A stretch of 64,000 nucleotides of DNA, from assembly GCF_902459465.1 (NCBI RefSeq), contig NC_047068.1, positions 1,736,001-1,800,000 on the forward strand. Reading direction: 5' to 3'. Below are positions 61,856 to 64,000 of the stretch, in pieces. The translations under genes and the position numbers were made by a program. Under the pieces are notes generated by a model. That model had not been told where the DNA came from, ran no database searches, and saw only the letters and a list, made by a program, of their open reading frames with translations. The stretch's first letter is position 1, and every line of letters begins with the position of its first letter. This stretch comes from Asterias rubens. Lineage: Eukaryota.

Positions 61856-62969
61856 TTAAAGTTGATGCGCTTAGAACTATATAAATGTTAGTATTCAGAG
61901 GTGTTTATCATGCAATTGGCCATTTATTTTTTACATAAGATATTTCCCCCATGGTCAGATGGTAGTAAAGTATAGTAGTAGTTGAGCTGAACATTTCACA
62001 GAGTGATTTCTGTAACACTTTCTTGATGCATTTGTAAACATTTTACAAACAGTATCCTTAACAAAATTGGCTCAAAGGTAACTGGTTAATAAATCAAAGT
62101 GGTTTGAAGGCAAGGTTGTTTGTATGTGAACAGAAGCAAATTTGAAGATTGAATTATGAAATGTAGAGTGTGGCTAGTTGTGAGTTGAATAAAAAGGATA
62201 CAAAAAACTCTATTTATGAATTTGGCATGAATGAATATCAGTGAATTTGAAACCCAATTTTGTAAATATGATACCCAATTGTGATAAAAAATAATGTAGA
62301 TTAAAATAATTGCAGCACACTTGAAATCTCATCAATGTTTTTGGGATGAGTTTATAAACAACTCTTTGCAGTGTACCTCCTAACCATGTAGGAGAAAAAT
62401 TAACTGAGAGTAAGAAGTAAACGAATAGCAAACAGCGCGACTTGTTTCCAGCGGCTGATGTACTATTCTAGTTCAATTTAACAAACGGGAAGAGCTTAAT
62501 TGCTCTTCAAATGACAGCAATTTAACTGGGGTCCCTTGCTTTATTTTAGCATGATTGTAAAATGTAGCATTTAGACAAGATTTGGCAATATTTGTTGTCC
62601 TTTCACACGAGGTAAATTGTGTCAAAATTTCCAACCATGCTATAATTTAGCGTGGGAGCCTTGCTAAATTGCCCTCATGTGAAAAGGGGCTATAGAGTAA
62701 ATGGGATCGGAATGAAGAAGTAGGAATTCTCCCTTTCTACGAATAGTTTCATACCCTAGGGTGAATCGAACAGATGGTAGGCAATAATAAATAATCATAT
62801 TTAGAATAATCACCAATCAGTCAAATGAAAATACAACACTCAAATGACTCTAAAGCTATGTCACTATTATGTCTGTCAGTGTCTGTGTGTATCTATAATA
62901 ATTGTATTGTAATAAGTAGGAGTTGAAGTCTCATGCTGGAGATACAATCTATAAGGTTTGTGGTAACAC

Positions 62970-63005
62970 CATGTACATGTACATGTACATGTACTTACAT
63001 GTACT
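62970..63005. repeat. (CATGTA)n microsatellite
   Basis: catgtacatgtacatgtacatgtacttacatgtac. Confidence 0.9.
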
Positions 63006-63458
63006 GGAAACAAATCACTGTACATGGAGCTGTAACTCAAAGAGTAAAGTTTCATGGTATAGACCTTCATCACGGTGTGGCCATCTTGAGTTTACTCCAA
63101 TCCAACTCAATGTAACCAAACTGATGCTAGACAAAATAATAGTCTGGTGCCATGTTAGCATTCATTACTGTTATTGGAAACAGGAAACATGACCAAGATC
63201 GTGACAGCGTGATCAAGTTCTGTTACCCCAAACCTGAATAAATTGTTCTGTAACAAAAGCCACCTTATTATGAAAAAAAAATCAAACATGTCATTGTAAT
63301 TTAATGTAAATTGAAAGTAGAGCTCTACGATCCTCAAGCAGTGCTAATGTAATATGACTGAATAAAGATCTATGTGTCCTATTGTTTTAAGCAAGACATT
63401 ATGTGTCACTGTAAGTCTTATGTGTTGTCATTAATGAGGCGTATAGTTTAGAGGTTAA

Positions 63459-63835
63459 AGGCAGTGGACACTATTGGTAATTACTCAAAATAATAAGGAG
63501 CATAAAACGGTACTTGTTAATGAGTAATGGGGAGAGGTTGATAGTATGAAACATTGTGAGAAACGGCTCCCTCTGAAGTGACGTAGCATTCGAAAAAAGA
63601 AGTATTTTTCCCGAATTGATTTCGAGACCTCAGATTTAGAATTTGAGGTCTCGAAATCAATCATCTGAAAGCACACAAGTTCGTATGACAAGGGTGTTTT
63701 TTCTTTCATTATTATCTCGCAACTTTGATGACCGATTGAGCTCAAATTTTCACGGGTTTGTTATTTTATGCATATGTTGAGATACAGCAATTGAGAAGAC
63801 TGGTCTTTGACAATTACCAGTAGTGTCCAGTGTCT
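63459..63835 (+). mobile_element. Kolobok-like MITE family A
   Basis: TTAA flanks at 63455-63458 and 63836-63839, both TIRs. Confidence 0.88.
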
Positions 63836-64000
63836 TTAATAGATGGATTGCACATATTTGATGATAAACAATGGAAAAGTGCACGAGTTTGACACAACTC
63901 TCAGCCAATGATAGCCTTTAACGCGTGCATGTTTCATCAAACATGGTGGTCAATGACGTCATGTGCAATCCAGAGCACGTTTGGGTGAGTGACTAGACTT

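Overview
AT-rich, repeat-dense metazoan genomic DNA with spliceosomal GT-AG introns. The repeat complement and gene sequences suggest an invertebrate deuterostome, probably a sea star (inference). Three spliced genes lie on the + strand. (1) The last three coding exons of STUB1/CHIP (3800-11686). (2) A complete 9-exon, 569-aa gamma-glutamyltransferase of the bacterial-like YwrD type with no membrane anchor (16492-27200). (3) FBXL16, with 3 coding exons and a 19-kb first intron (about 32235-55060). An exon encoding the N-terminus of ATP synthase subunit d (ATP5PD) sits head-to-head with the GGT, 154 bp away on the - strand and absent from the ORF track. It carries an apparent compensated double frameshift, and I could not find its downstream exons. 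The rest is mobile DNA: about 20 TTAA-targeting Kolobok-like MITEs of 335-385 bp, several other MITE classes (two with empty/filled site pairs inside the window), tRNA-derived SINEs with different conserved cores, L2-like LINE tails, and Penelope-like ends carrying minimal hammerhead-ribozyme motifs. The most notable observations are the ATP5PD orphan exon, a near-intact hammerhead in the sense strand of FBXL16 intron 1, a MITE inserted exactly at the GGT stop codon that supplies a poly(A) signal, STUB1-FBXL16 linkage shared with human, a GG-to-GK change in the GGT oxyanion-hole loop, and TACATGTA footprints. All coordinates were read by hand; repeat boundaries are approximate unless TIR/TSD positions are given.
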